Assembly (NCBI RefSeq): GCF_963921235.1
Contig: NC_086110.1
Span: 13,702,001 to 13,766,000, forward strand
DNA from: Mobula hypostoma
Lineage: Eukaryota
DNA: 64,000 nt
Reading direction: 5' to 3'
This document shows, one piece after another, positions 35,465 through 49,925 of this stretch. Each line of letters opens with the position of its first letter. Positions within the stretch are counted from its first letter, which is position 1. The notes beneath the pieces are model-generated. The model was given only the letters and a program-made list of their open reading frames with translations. It was not told where the DNA came from and ran no database searches. The position numbers and the translations under genes were made by a program.

Positions 35465-35880
35465 GAAGCAAAAAGACGGAAGAAGTCAGACGATTTCAAC
35501 CGTGGGGAATTCTCGGTCATGTGACGTATCACAGGTACAGCCAGCATTTCACAAGATACCTCCCGCGTCCGTCGTCCACTTATAAGTATTTAGAATGTTA
35601 ATTCTACGAATACTCCATGATCACGAGTTTCGAATGGTAGAGTGCACAATATTGACCACTCAAAGCAGTTTAGACATTATCATAATACTTCGGTTTTTTT
35701 CAGCTTTCTCCTTAATCGCTATGATCGTCATTTTCTGTTCTTCATTCGTCACTCTGCATGCTTACAAATAACAAGGAAGCTTAAAGGGTCTAGGATCCTT
35801 CCCCTCGATCATGGCTGATCCAATCATATTCTCAGGCCACGTTTTCTTTTTCCTCCGCAGCTCATATCGGTATCCTGAAT

Positions 35881-37487
35881 AATTGAAGGGATTGAAGGCA
35901 GATAAATCCCCAGGGCCAGATGGTCTGCATCCCAGAGTGCTTAAGGAAGTGGCCCAAGAAATAGTGGATGCATTAGTGATAATTTTTGAAAACTCGTTAG
36001 ATTCTGGACTAGTTCCTGAGGATTGGAGGGTGGCTAATGTAACCCCACTTTTTAAAAAAGGAGGGAGAGAGAAACCGGGGAATTATAGGCCGGTTAGCCT
36101 AACGTCGGTGGTGGGGAAACTGCTGGAGTCAGTTATCAAGGATGTGATAACAGCACATTTGGAAAGCGGTGAAATGATCGGACAAAGTCAGCATGGATTT
36201 GTGAAAGGAAAATCATGTCTGACGAATCTCATAGAATTTTTTGAGGATGTAACTAGTAGAGTGGATAGGGGAGAACCAGTGGATGTGGTATATTTGGATT
36301 TTCAAAAGGCTTTTGACAAGGTCCCACATAGGAGATTAGTGTGCAAACTTAAAGCACACGGTATTGGGGGTAAGGTATTGGTGTGGGTGGAGAATTGGTT
36401 AGCAGACAGGAAGCAAAGAGTGGGAATAAACGGGACCTTTTCAGAATGGCAGGCGGTGACTAGTGGGGTACCGCAAGGCTCAGTGCTGGGACCCCAGTTG
36501 TTTACAATATATATTAATGACTTGGATGAGGGAATTAAATGCAGCATCTCCAAGTATGCGGATGACACGAAGCTGGGTGGCAGTGTTAGCTGTGAGGAGG
36601 ATGCTAAGAGGATGCAGGGTGACTTGGATAGGTTGGGTGAGTGGGCAAACTCATGGCAGATGCAATTTAATGTGGATAAATGTGAAGTTATCCACTTTGG
36701 TGGCAAAAATAGGAAAACAGATTATTATCTGAATGGTGGCCGATTAGGAAAATGGGAGGTGCAACGAGACCTGGGTGTCATTATACACCAGTCATTGAAA
36801 GTGGGCATGCAGGTACAGCAGGCGGTGAAAAAGGCGAACGGTATGCTGGCATTTATAGCGAGAGGATTCGAGTACAGGAGCAGGGAGGTACTACTGCAGT
36901 TGTACAAGGCCTTGGTGAGACCACACCTGGAGTATTGTGTGCAGTTTTGGTCCCCTAATCTGAGGAAAGACATCTTTGCCATAGAGGGAGTACAAAGAAG
37001 GTTCACCAGATTGATTCCTGGGATGGCAGGTCTTTCATATGAAGAAAGACTGGATGAACTGGGCTTGTACTCGTTGGAATTTAGAAGATTGAGGGGGGGA
37101 TCTGATTGAAACGTATAAAATCCTAAAGGGATTGGACAGGCTAGATGCGGGAAGATTGTTTCCGATGTTGGGGAGGTCTAGAACGAGGGGTCACAGTTTG
37201 AGGATAGAGGAGAAGCCTTTTAGGACCGAGGTTAGGAAAAACTTCTTCACACAGAGAGTGGTGAATCTGTGGAATCCTCTGCCACAGCAAACTGTTGAGG
37301 CCAGTTCATTAGCTATGTTTAAAAGGAAGTTAGATATGGCCCTTGTGGCTACAGGGGTCAGGGGGTATGGAGGGAAGGCTGGGTTCTGAGTTGGATGATC
37401 AGCCATGATCATAATAAATGGCGGTGCAGGCTCGAAGGGCCGAATGGCCTACTCCTGCACCTATTTTCTATGTTTCTATGTTTCTAT
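35881..37487 (+). mobile_element. Young 5'-truncated CR1 (RT domain)
   Basis: 408-aa ORF 35883-37109 with a YADD-type RT motif and a (tttctatg)n tail. About 99% identical to 55245-56570. Confidence 0.97.
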
Positions 37488-37709
37488 CATTTTGGGTGTG
37501 TTGCTTGGATTTCCTGCATCTGGAAATTTTCTCTTGCTCATATCCGTATTAGTCAGCTTTGCAATGTCACAGTTCAGTTGCTTTCTAAAATTCTCCAGCG
37601 AATTAATATTGTGAGTTTGGTCTTGTAAGTTAAAAGTCTGGATCAATGAAGAAAATCATTATTTCAAGTTATCACTTAACAAAGGTTCAAAAAACTAAGT
37701 AGCGATAGC

Positions 37710-39735
37710 GATCTAGAAGATTATGAGTCCAGCAGAAAGGAGCTTAAGAATGTAATTAGGAGAACCAGAAGGGGCCACGAGAAGTCCTTGGCGAGCAGAT
37801 TTAAAGAAAATCCCAAGGCATTCTGCAAGTATGTGAAGTGCAAGAGGATAAGACGTGAGAGAATACGACCAATCATGTGTGACAGTGGAAAAGTGGAAAT
37901 GTGGAAATGGTTGAGGGAGGACTTGATAGAGGTATTTAAAATTATGAGGGCGATAGATAGAGTTGACGTGGATAGGTGTTTTCCATTGAGAGTGGGGGAG
38001 ATTGAAACAAGAGGACATCAGTTGAGAGTTAAAGGGCAAAAGTTTAGGGGTAACATGAGGGGGAACCTCTTTATTCAGAGAGTGGTAGCTGTGTAGAACG
38101 AGCTTCCAGCAGAAGTGTTTGAGGCAGGTTCGATGTTGTCATTTAAGGTTAAATTGGATAGCTATATGGACAGGAAAGGAATGGAAGGTGGTGGGCTGAG
38201 TGCAGGTCGGTGGGACTAGGTGAGGGTAAGAGTTCGACACAGACTAGAAGGGCCGAGATGGCCTGTTTCCTTGCTGTAATTGTTATATGGTTATATTTAA
38301 GTGTGTATGGAACCGGAGGAGATAGCAGAGGTACGTAATGAACACTTTACTTCAGTATTCACTACCAAAAAGCATCTTGGCCATTGTAGGGATGACTTTC
38401 AGCAGATTAAAAAGCTTGACGATGTAGACATTAAGGAAGAGGATGTGCTGGAGCTTTTTGAAAACATCAAGTTGCGTAAGTCTCCGAGACCGGACGAGAC
38501 AGGGTCGTTCCAGAGGAGTGATGGGTTGCAGATGTTGGTCCCGTACTCAAGAAATGGAGTAGAGATAGCCCAGGAAATTGCAAACCAGTGAGTCTTACTT
38601 CAGTGGTTGGTAAGTTGATGGAAAAGATCCTGAGAGGCAGGATTTATGAACATTTCGAGATGTATGATATGATAAGGAATAGTCACTGTGGCTTTGTCAA
38701 AGTAAGGTCGTGCTTTATGAGGCTGGCTGAATTTTTTGAGGATGTGACTAAACACATTGATGAAGGTAGAGCAGTAAATGTAGTGTACATGGATTTCAGC
38801 AAGGCATTTGACAAGGTATCCCATGCAAGGCTTATTGAGAAAGTAAGGAGGCACGGGATCCAAGGGGCCCTTGATTTGTGGATCCAGAACTGACTTGCCC
38901 AGAGAAGGCAAAGTGTGGTTGTCGACAGGTCATATTCCGCATAGACGCCGGGACCATTACTCTTAATGATTTTTATAAATGACCTGCATGAGGAAGTGGA
39001 GGGATGGGTTAATAAATTTGCTGATGGCAAAAAAAAAGTCTTGGGGTGTTGTCGATAGTGTGCAGGGCAATCAGAGGTTACAGCGGGACTTTAATACGTT
39101 GCAAAACTGAGCTGAGAAATGGCAGATGGAGCTGAACACTGATAAGTGTGAGGCGGTTCACCTTGGTAGGTCACTATGATAGCAGAATATAGTATTAATG
39201 GTAAGACTCTTGGCATTGTAAAGAATCAGAGGGATTCTTGTGTCCAAGCCCATTTGACACTAAAAGCTGCTGCGCAGGTTGACTCTGTTGTTAAGAAGGC
39301 ATACAGTGCATTGGCCTTCATCAACCTTGGGATTGAGTTTAAGAGCTGAGTAGTAATGTTCCAGCTATATAGCACCCTGGTCAGATCTCACTTGGAGTAC
39401 TGTGCTCAGATCTGGATAGTCAGAGGCTTATTCCCAGGTTTGAAATAGCTAACACGAGAGGGAACAGTTTTACGGTGCTTGGAAGCAGGTACAGAGGAGA
39501 TGTCAGGGGTGAGTTTTTTTCTTACACAGAGAGTGATGAGTGCATGGATTAGACTGCTGGCGATAGTGGTGGAGGCGGATACAATAGTGTCCTTTAACAG
39601 CCTCCTTTAGCAGATGGGTAAATCTTAGATGGGATCTTAGAAAAATAGAGGACTCAGGGTAACCTTAAGTAATTTCTATGATAAATACATGTTCGGCACA
39701 ACATTGTGCGCTGATGGGCCTGTATTGTGCTGTAT
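37710..39735 (+). mobile_element. Degenerate CR1 with a nested CR1 3' fragment at 37896-38298
   Basis: The host reading CDSGK|VCMEPEEIAEV is split by the insert, with AAGTG repeated at 37891-37895 and 38299-38303. Confidence 0.85.
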
Positions 39736-40052
39736 AGTTTTTATGTTTCAAACTTTGCGTTCCTCCTGTTCGATTTTTAAGATATTTTGTCAGAATGGTG
39801 TATGGCACCGACCAACTTGCCAGGTCGTGAAAAGAAAGCTGTTATTACTGAAGCAGATGGACTCCTCGGTTAGACTAAACGAAAGCTGGAGGGAACATGG
39901 TTTTCTTAAATTAATTTGGATTACAGCTATGAGCTGTTGGATCTATTCTAGTGTTGACAGTGTTTTATTTCAACACTGGAAGCCACTAATTATACGATAC
40001 GTAATTTTATTGGTTGAATGCAAAACTCAGCCGCTGCCTGAATTAGATTTAC

Positions 40053-40652
40053 GTAGAAACATAGAAAACCCAGAGCACAATACATGTCCTTCGGCCCACA
40101 ATGCTGTGCCGAACATGTACTTACTTTAGAAATTAACTAGGGTTACCCATAGCCCTCTGTTTTTTTAAGCTCCATGTACCTATCCAGGAATCTCTTAAAA
40201 GCCCCTATTGTATCCTCCCCCACCTCCGTCACCGCCAACCTATTCCACGCCCTCAGCACTCCGTAAAAAGCTTACCCATGCAGTCTCCTCTGTACCAGCT
40301 TCCAAGCACCATAAAACTCTTCACTGACTATCTGACCATCTGACTACCCACACGATGAATGCCTATCATCATCTTCTACACCTCTATCAAGTCAGCTTTC
40401 ATCTTCCGTCGCTCCAAAGAAAACAGGCATGCTCCCCAATCCAGGGAACATGCTTGTAAATCCCCTCTGCCCCCATTCTATAGTTTCCACATCATTCCTG
40501 CAGTGAGATGACCAGAATTGAGAACAGTCTTCCAAGTGGGATCTGACCAGGATCCTATATAGCTGTAGCATTACCTCTCGGCTCTTCAACTCAAGAGCAC
40601 GGTTGATGAAGGCCAATGCATCGTATGCCTTCTTAACCACAGAGTCAACCAG
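40053..40652 (-). mobile_element. CR1 3' fragment
   Basis: Minus ORF 40392-40640 (VKKAYDALAFINR...SHLEDCSQFWS) and a tttctatg tail. Confidence 0.85.
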
Positions 40653-40830
40653 CGCAGTTGAAAAAGATAAAGTTTCAGGATTAGCTTTACTTGTCTTATA
40701 TGCTTCGAAATGTCCAGAAAGGAAGTGTCAAAATCAAATCACCGATGATATGTTGGGGAGACTACAAGTGTTGCTAAGCATCTGGCGCCAAGATAGCATG
40801 CCCACAATTCATCTACCTTAAAAGTAGATC

Positions 40831-40960
40831 TCTGGAATGTGGGTGGAAACCGGAGCACCTGGAGGAAACCCAGGAGTCCAAGGGAGAACATACAACCTCC
40901 TAACAGACAGCGTCGGCAATCGACCCTTCATCTTACAGATGGTGCTTTAAAGCATTGTGG
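40831..40960 (-). mobile_element. SINE fragment (V-SINE/HE1-like core)
   Basis: gtgggtggaaaccggagcacctggaggaaaccc...gggagaacatacaacctcc. Confidence 0.6.
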
Positions 40961-41656
40961 TAATCACTGAGCTAATGTGTCGCCGCAAAAGAAACTTTGA
41001 AAGAATTCATAAGGTGCATCCAGCTCAACCATCGCTTCCGAATATACTGTACCTGAGAATTGTGAGTAGATGAAGTAAATTGAGAGGTAGCACCAATGAC
41101 CGAGGACTTCCTCTGAGACAGGCAGTATCACCACCGTGTTAGATGAGAGAAATGGTCAGTACTGGTCCAGCTGTCCATACTTACATGGCTCAATACAACT
41201 TGTTGTACGATATAATCAGGTTGTATTTACAAAATATACGGTGAGTCTTGGCAAGAATCAATTTCACTAGACGATTAATCTGCAATCCGAGCTAAGTAAC
41301 AAGTTGGAATGTTAGCCTTAATCGATATAATATTTCCAAGTTGGGCATATTCCATTGCAAACGAGACCGAAGGTTTCGAACAGGGTAGAATATACAGTAT
41401 AATCCATAAATAGTGGAGCACACAGTGGGACGAAACAGGTGATTGTGATGAGTGCCCTATTTTCAGTGGCTAGGGTAAAGGAATGAGAATAAAACATTTA
41501 CAAGAAGTGTCGAAGGGAGCATTCGGTGGTTGGGGCGGCTGGTAGTTAACAGGGAGGTCTGCCAGAAGATTAACAGAGAGAAGCTGGAGAGGAACAGCAT
41601 CGATGGTGGTAAATATGTAATACTGGAAGGGTAAAAGAATAATCTGCCCAGAGCAG

Positions 41657-44600
41657 CATAGAAACAAAGAAACATAGAAAACCTACAGAACAGTACAGGC
41701 ACTTCGGCCCACAAATTTGTGCCGAATATGTCCTTACCTTAGATATTACTAGGCTTACCTGGAGCCCTCTATTTTTCTAAACTCCATGTACCTCTGCAAA
41801 AGTATCTTAAAAGATCCTATCGTATCCGCCTCAACCACTGTTGGCGGTAAACCATTCTGCGCACTGACCATTCTCTGATTAAAACACATACCTCTGGCAT
41901 CTCCTCTGTACCTACTCCCCAGCACTTTAAACCTGTGTCCTCTTGTGGCAACCATTTCAGCCCTGGGGAAAAGGCTCTGACGATCCACGCCTCTCCTCAC
42001 TTTATGCACCTCTATCAGGTCACCTCTCATCCTCCGTCGCTCCAAGGAGAAAGGGCCGTGTTCACTCAACCTATTCTCATAAGGCATGCTCCCCAATGCA
42101 GGCTACATCCTTGTAAATCTCCTCTGCACCCTTTCTATGGATTCCACATCTTTCTTTTAGTGAGGCGACCAGAACTGAGCACAATGCTCAAAATGGGGTC
42201 TGATCAGGCTGCAACATTACCTCTCGGCTTCTAAATTCAATTCCACGATTGATGAAGGCCAATACACCGTATGCCTTTTTTACCACAGAGTCAACTTTCG
42301 CAGCTGCTTTGAGCGTCCTATGGACTCGGACCCCAACATCCCTCTGATCCTCCACACTGCCAAGAGTCTTACCATTAGTACTATATTCTGCCATCATATT
42401 TGACCTACCAAAATGAACCACTTCAGACTTTTCTGGGATTAACTCCATCTGCTACTTCTCAGCCCAGTTTTTCATCCTATCAATGTCCCGCAGAAACCTC
42501 TGACAGCCCTCCGCACTATCCACAACACCTCCAACGTTTGTATCATCAGCAAACTTACTAAACCATACGCCTGCTTCCTCAACCAGGTCATTATAAAAAT
42601 CATGAAGAGTAAGGGTCCCAGAACAGATCCTTGAGGCACTGCACTGGTGACCGGCCTCCATGCAGAATATGACCAGTCTACAACCGCTCTTTGCCTTCTC
42701 TGGGCAAGCCAGTTCTCGCTCCATAAAGCAATGTCCCCTTGGGTCCCATGCCTCCTTACTTTCTGAATAAACATTGTATGGGGTGCCTTATCAAATGCCT
42801 TGCTGAAATCCATATACACTACATTTACACCTGTTCCTTCATCAATATGACTAGTCACAACCTCAAAAAATTCAATCAGGCTCTTAAGGCACGACCTGCA
42901 AAGAACCGGATTTGATCAGGGACCTCGAGGTAAAGGAGCCATTAGGAGGTAGTGACCATAATATGGTAAGTTTTAATCTACAATTTGAGAGGGACAAGGG
43001 AAACTCAGAAGTGCCAATATTACAGTTGAACAAAGGGAACTATGGTGCTATGAGGGAGGAGCTGGCCAAAGTTCAATGGAACAATACCCTAGCAGAGATG
43101 ACAGTGGAACAGCAACGGCAAGTGTTTCTGGAAATAATGCGGAAGGTGCAGGTTCAGTTCGTTCCACAGAGGAAGGAAGATCCTAAGGGGAGTAAGGGAA
43201 GGCAGTGGCTTACAAGGGAAGTAATGGACAGCATAAAAATAAAAGAGAAGAAGTATAACATAGCAAAGACGAGTGGGAAGCTAGAGGATTGGGAAACTTT
43301 TAGAGAGCAACAGAAGGTAACTAAAAAGGCAATACGCGGAGAAAAAATGAGGTACGAGGGTAAACTAGCCAAGAATGTAAAGGAGGATAGTAAAAGCTTC
43401 TTTAGGTATGTGAAAAGGAAAAAAATAGTGAAGACCAAAATTCGGCCCTTGAAGACAAAAGCAGGTGAATTTATTACGGGGAACAAGGAAATGGCAGACG
43501 AGTTGAACAGGTACTTTGGATCTGTCTTCACTAGGGAATTCACAAACAATCTCCCAGATGTAATCGTGGCCAAAATACCTAGGGTAATGGATGAATTGAA
43601 GGAAATTAATATTAGGCAGGAATTGGTGTTGGATAAGCTGTTGGGTCTGAAGGCTGATAAATCCCCGGTACCTGATGGTCTGCATCCCAGGGTACTTAAG
43701 GAGGTGGCTTTAGAAATCGTGGACGCATTGGTAATCATTTTCCAATGTTCTACAGATTCAGGATCAGTTCCTGTGGATTGGAGGGTGGCTAATGTTGTCC
43801 CTCACTTCAAGAAGGGAGGAAGAGAGAAAACAGGGAATTAAAGACCACTTAGCCTGACGTCAGTGGTGGGAAACATGCTGGAGTCAATTATAAAAGATGG
43901 AATTACGACACATCTGGATAGTAGTAACAGGATCGGTCCGAGTCAGCATGGACTTACGAAGGGGAAATCGTGCTTGACTAATCTTCTGGAATTTTTTGAG
44001 GATGTAACTATGAAAATGGACAAGGGAGAGCCAGTGGATGTAAGTGTACCTGGACTTTCAGAAACCCTTTGATAAAGTCCCACATAGGAGATTAGTGGAC
44101 AAAATTAGGGCACAAGGTATTGGGGGCAGAGTACTGACATGGATTGAAAATTGGCTGGCTGACAGAAAACAAAGTGTAGCGATTAACGGGTCCCTTTCGG
44201 AATGGCAGGTGGTGACCAGTGGGGTACCGCAGGGTTCGGTGCTGGGGCTGCAGCTGTTTATAATATATATTAATGATTTAGATGAGGGAATTAAAAGTAA
44301 CATTAGCAAATTTGCTGATGACATAAAGCTGGGAGGCAGTGTGAAATGTAAGGAGGATGTTATGAGAATGCAGGGTGACTTGGTCAGGCTGGGTAAGTGG
44401 GTAGATGCATGGCAGATGCAGTTTAATGTGGTCAAATGTGAGGTTATCCACTTTGGTGGTAAGAACGGGAAGGCAGGTTATTATCTAAATGGAGTCAAGT
44501 TAGGAAAAGGGGAAGCACAACGAGATCTAAGTGTTCTTGTACATCAGTCACTGAAAGCATGCATGCAAGTACAGCAGGCAGTGAAGAAAGCTAATGGCAT

Positions 44601-47600
44601 GCTGGCCTTCATAACAAGGGGAATTGAGTATAAGAGCAAAGAGGTCCTTCTGCAGCTCTACAGGGCCCTGGTGAGACCACACCTGGAATACTGTGTGCAG
44701 TTTTGGTCTCCAAATTTGAGGAAGGACATTCTTGCTATTGAGGGAGTGCAGCGTAGGTTCACAAGGATAGTTCCCGGGATGGCGGGACTGTCATATGTCA
44801 AAGGATTGGAGCGACTGGGCTTGTATACTCTGGAATTTAGAAGGCTGAGAGGGGATCTTATTGAAACATATAAGATTATTAAGGGATTGGACACGCTGCA
44901 GGCAGGAAGCATGTTCCCACTGATGGGTGAGTCCAGAACCAGAGGCCACAGTTTAAGAATTATCGGTAGGCCACTTAGAACAGAGTTGAGGAAAAATATT
45001 TTCACCCAGAGAGTGGTGGATATATGGAATGCTCTGCCGCAGGGCTGCGGAGGCCAAGTCTCTGGATGCTTTCAAAAAAGAGATGGATAGAGCTCTGAAA
45101 GATAGTGGAACCAAAGGTTATGGGGATGAGGCAGGAACCGGATACTGATAGTGGATGATCACAGTGAATGGCGGTGCTGGGTCGAAGGGCCGAATGGCCT
45201 ACTCCTGTACCTATTGTCTATTGTCTATTGTCTGCCCTTGACAAAGAGATGCTGACTATTCCTAATCATATCATACCTATCCAAATGTTCAAAAATCCTG
45301 CCTCTCAGGATCTTTTCCTTCAACTTACCAACCACTGAGGTAACAGTCATTGGTCTATAATTTCTGCGCTATCTCTACTCCCTTTCTTGAATAAAGGGAC
45401 AACACCCGCAACCCTTCAATCCCCCGGAACCTTTCCAGTCCCCATTCATGATGCGAAGATCATCGCTAGAGTCTCAGCAATCTCCTCCCTCGCCTCCCAT
45501 AGTAAACTGGGGTACATCTTATCCGGTGCCGGCGAGTATCCAACTTGATGCTTTCCAAAAACTCCAGCACATCCTCTCTATTAATATCTACATGCTCAAA
45601 ATTCTCAGTCTGCTGCAAGGCATCACACAATCACCAAGATCCTTTTCCATAATGAATACTGAAGTAAATTATTCATAAAGTACCTTAACTATTTCCGCCG
45701 GTTCCATACATACTTTCCCATTGTCACACTTGATAGGTCATATTCTTTCATGTCTTATCCTGTTGCTCTTCACATACTTGTAGAATGCCTTAGGATTTTC
45801 CTTAATCCTGCCCGCCAGAACTTCTCATGGCCCCGTCTGGCTCTCCTAATTTCCTTCTTAAGCTACTTCCAATTAGCTTTATAATCTTCTAGATCTCTAA
45901 CATTACCTAGCTCTCTGAAACTTTTGTAAGGTTTTCTACTTGACTAGATTTGTCACAGCCTTTGAACACCACGGTTCCTGTGCCCTACCATAACTTCCCT
46001 GTCTCATTAGAACGTGCCTGTGCACATAAATATCCCCTGAACATTTGACACATTTCATCTGTGCTTTCCCTTGAGAACGTCTGTTCCCAATTTAAACTTC
46101 CAATTTCCTGCCTGATGGCCTCAAAATTCCGCATACTCCAATTAAACGCGTTTCTAACTTGTCTGTTCCTATCTCTCTCAAATGCCATTGTAAGGGTGAC
46201 AAAATTATGATCACTGTCTCCAAAATGCTCTCCTACTGAGAGATCTGACACCGGACCAGATACATTTCCCAATACCAAATCAAGTACAGCCTCTCCTCTT
46301 GTAGGCTTATCTATATATTGTGTCAAGAGTCCTTCCTGAACTCATGTAACAAATCCACCCCATCTAAACTCCTTGCTCTAGGGAGATACCAATCGATATT
46401 TGGGAAATTAAAATCTCCCATCACGACAACTCTTATTATTACACCTTTCCAGGATCTGTTTTCCTATCTGCTCCTCGATATCCCTGTTACAGTTGGGCGA
46501 CCTATAAAAAACACACAGTAAAATTATTTAACTCTTCCTGTTCCTAACCTCCACACACAGAGGCTTCGTAGACAATCCCTCCATGGCGTCCGCCATTTCT
46601 GCATCGACAATACTACCTCTGAATAAACGTGCCAGGCCCCCCACCTCTTTAGCCTCCCTCCTGTCCTTTCTGAAACATCTAAAAGCCTGCACTTGAAGTA
46701 ACCATTCCTGTCCCTGCGACATCCAAGTCTCTGTAATGGCCACCGCATCATATCTCCAAGTACTGATCCACTCTCTAAGCTCATCCGCTTTGTTCACAAC
46801 ACTCCTTGCGTTAAAATAGACGCATCTCAAACCTTCGGTCTGAGCGAGTCCCTTCTCTATCATTTGCCTATCCTCCTTCTCGCACTGTATATAGGCTTCC
46901 ACTATTTGGGAGCCAAATTCCTCTTCCTCAGTTCCTTCAGTTCTGTTCCCACCCCCTAACAATTCTAGTTTAAACTCTCCCCAGTAGCCTTAGCAAATCT
47001 TTTATACAGGGCACACCTGCCCCAAAAGAGTTCCCAATGACCCAGAAATCTGAATCCCTGGCCCCTGCTCCAATCCCTCAGCCGTGCATTTATTCTTCAT
47101 CTCATTCTATTCCTATACTCACTGTCGCCTGGCTCAGTCAGTAATCCCGAGATTACTACTTTTGCGGTCCTGCTTCTCAACTTCCTTCCTAACTCCCTGT
47201 ACACTTTTATCTGAACCTCTTCCATTTTCATTGGTACCAATATGTACCACGACCTCTGGTTGTTCTCCTTCCCACTGCAGGATATCCTGTAACCTATCTG
47301 AAATATCCCGGACCCTGGCACCTGGGAGGTAAACTACTATCCGAGTTTGTTTCCTGCGTCCGCAGAATCGCCTGTCTGACTCCCAAACTATAGAGACCCC
47401 TATCACTGCTGCCTTCCTCTTCCTGTCCCTACCCTTCTCAGCCACAGGGACAGACTCTGTGGAGAGGTACGGCCACTGTCGCTTCCCCCAGGGAGGCTAT
47501 CTCCCCCAACAGTACTCAAACAGGAGTACTTTCTGTTAAGGGGTACAGCCACAGGGGTATTCTCTAGTACCCGACTCTTCCCCTTCCCCGTCCTGACTGT

Positions 47601-48040
47601 GACCCACCTGTCTGTCTCCCGTGGCCCCGGTGTGACTATCTGCTTATGACTCCTTTCAATCATCTCCCCGCTCTCCCTGACCAGACGAACGTCATGGAGC
47701 TGCATCTCCAGCTTCCCATCTGGGTCCCGTAGGGGCTGCAGCTCGACACACCTGCTGCAGATATGGCCATCCGGGAGGCTGGGAAACTCCAGCACCTCCC
47801 ACATCTGACACCGAGCACAGAAAAGAAGACTCACATATATCCTTCCTCCTTTCGGCAAATAAAACCAGTAAACCTACCTCGCCTCGTCCCGTTACCGCCT
47901 AAGTCAGTTGAGCCAAAGACCTATCATTCTGCCTCCTCTCACTCCGCTGCCCGCTGGTTATGGCGGTCTTTTTATGAAACCTTTTGCGCTCTACTGGCTG
48001 ACATCACGCGCCTGCGCAGTCTTGCCTCTCTTTTACCACG
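41657..48040 (-). mobile_element. Near-full-length decayed CR1 (ORF1 and ORF2) hosting a nested CR1
   Basis: ORF1 zinc-finger part (CARCQMWEV...CSRC, 47403-47858), SGNH-esterase part (IGVSIV, VHIGTNE), endonuclease YDAVAITETW, and RT remnants at 41755-42900 and 45236-45700. Confidence 0.9.
42900..45231 (+). mobile_element. CR1 inserted antisense into the preceding CR1
   Basis: ORFs 42912-43841 and 44044-45090, (ctattgt)n tail, CTGC at 42896-42899 and 45232-45235. Confidence 0.95.
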
Positions 48041-48747
48041 GATGGTAAAAATTGCCTTGGCTCCGAAAATCAGCCGTCCACTCGCAGCCTTCATCCTCCG
48101 AATCAAAAAAATATATATTGCCTCTCAGGCTTCATATAACTATGCTTTGTTCCTTTACCAACGGAGAAGAATATCACGATCCAGGTCCAAAATCTAGGTC
48201 GCAAATTCACAGTAGAAATTAATGTAGTATTTATCCAGTCACCAAACACACGAATGCAACAGAATTAGACGATTCGCAGAGAGAATTCGCAGAGCATCTG
48301 TTCACCGGGACTCATAGAACCGCGCTTCTTCATCAATAGGGAATAATCATTTCGGATCTGTATGTTCATCAACAACAGCCTCCAAGCACTGTAAGATGAA
48401 CAGTCAACCGATTAGAATATATACATGTGAAGGAGAAAACATGAAACGATGTGGTTCTGCAAAGAAAATGAGTGTCTGTCGGGCAATGTAATTGGTGGAA
48501 ACGCACAAATTTCACAACCACCGATATTGAGTAGGGTTCACTTTAAGAGGCAAGTCTGTGACAACGTAGTTAAACGAAGTTGTTTTTACCGCGCTTTTCT
48601 GTTCAATGTCTGAGTTCCATAAATTAGTTATTACGGCTTTTCTTAAATATAAAACGTCTCAACCATATTTATTTGCGAAAATCTATATAGGTGACGCCGA
48701 AGTTCTGGGACGATTCCAGGGTTATTGAACATGTAGGCTAAGACAGC

Positions 48748-49200
48748 GCTTTGAAACTGCCGGAGTTCTGGCAAAATGCCATTGCTTGGTTTGCACAAGT
48801 CGAGGCCCAATTCGCATTATGAGAAATATTCACCGACGACAACAAGTTCTACTATGCGTTTGAGTTACTTAGCAACACCACGGCTGGGAGAGGGGATCTA
48901 CCAATACAAATGCCAGAACACGATAAATATCGACCTCTGAAAACTCAGCTTTTACACACTTTTGGACCATCTGAATCTGGGCACGCCAAACAATTGTTCT
49001 CCATGCCCGTTCTCTGGGATGCTAAGCTCTTTGAGCTCATGGACCACTTGCTGTCTCTCCTAGGAAATTAGCAATCTTGTTTCATTTTTTAAAGAATTCT
49101 TTATGCAGCAAATTCCTGATCAATTTCGAGTAGCACTGGCTAATACACCCGTGAAGGACCATAGCGAGCTTGCTAAAATTGCTGGTAGTCTACACATAGC
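48748..49200 (+). pseudogene. Gypsy-type gag relic (DUF7041-like N-terminus)
   Basis: ALKLPEFWQNAIAWFAQVEAQFAL*...DNKFYY...KYRPLKTQLLHTF...ELMDHLLSLLG...FMQQIPDQFRVALA, with stops and one frameshift. Confidence 0.8.
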
Positions 49201-49775
49201 TAGCCAATTGGACTCGGACACGGAAACTGGAATTGGTTCGGAACCTGAACTTCGACCCGGACACGGAGCCTGGATTTGGACTCGGGACTGTTAGTCGATG
49301 TTAGGAACTGCCAGCCTGTGGATATCTTGGAATTGGTTTCGTTACCCTGCTCTCCCTGTAAGTTCTGCACAACGTTTCTGTTAAACACATGTACCACCGC
49401 AAGTGAGTTTATTCGACTACGGATTCGACTGCGAATTTCTAAACCTCACCAAACTCACAAGCTCCATTATCACCACAACCTCGATCCAGGTTTGATCGAG
49501 GGACGACTGCACAGGGGCGTCAGCGATTTAGACAAGCAGGAAGAGTTTAAAAGGAGATCATGTTACAAGGGTGGTGGAAGCGGACCCAAGTGCAGTACAC
49601 CGTCACGTATGTAGCATTAACAAAAGCGTGTTAATTAACAGTTGCCTGGAAGGGCGGGGATAGAGGATTCAATGCTTACGTGGCCGTGAACATCCTCGCC
49701 TCCGTGGGGTACGTCAGGACGTGTTTGCCGTTACTCTAAGGCTGGACTGTTCCCTCCCCTTCCCTTCACCTTCTT

Positions 49776-49925
49776 CCTGAAGCCTTGTCTGAAGCCTTTG
49801 CCTGAAGTCTCTGCCTGAGGACTTGCCTGAAAACTGTGCCTGAGGCCTTGCCTGCAACCTCTGCCTGAGCCCTTAACTGCATACTCTGCCTGAAGCCTTG
49901 TCTGCAACCTCGCCTGCGTCCTCGC
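49776..49925 (+). repeat. Degenerate 12-13-bp tandem array (cctgaagccttg-like units)
   Basis: About 12 successive units beginning ctga or ctgc. Confidence 0.75.

Noticed and set aside
36302-37006. Antisense ORFs repeated in several places (MPPKWITSHLST..., MNLLCTPS...)
   Set aside because: They are shadow frames opposite CR1 RT and recur only because the CR1 copies are near-identical.
41290-41380. MEYAQL tyrosine motif on the minus strand
   Set aside because: No acceptor AG upstream in frame and not a strict ITIM. Likely chance.
49776-49925. CRISPR-like periodic array
   Set aside because: Degenerate head-to-tail units without unique spacers, in eukaryotic DNA with no cas genes.
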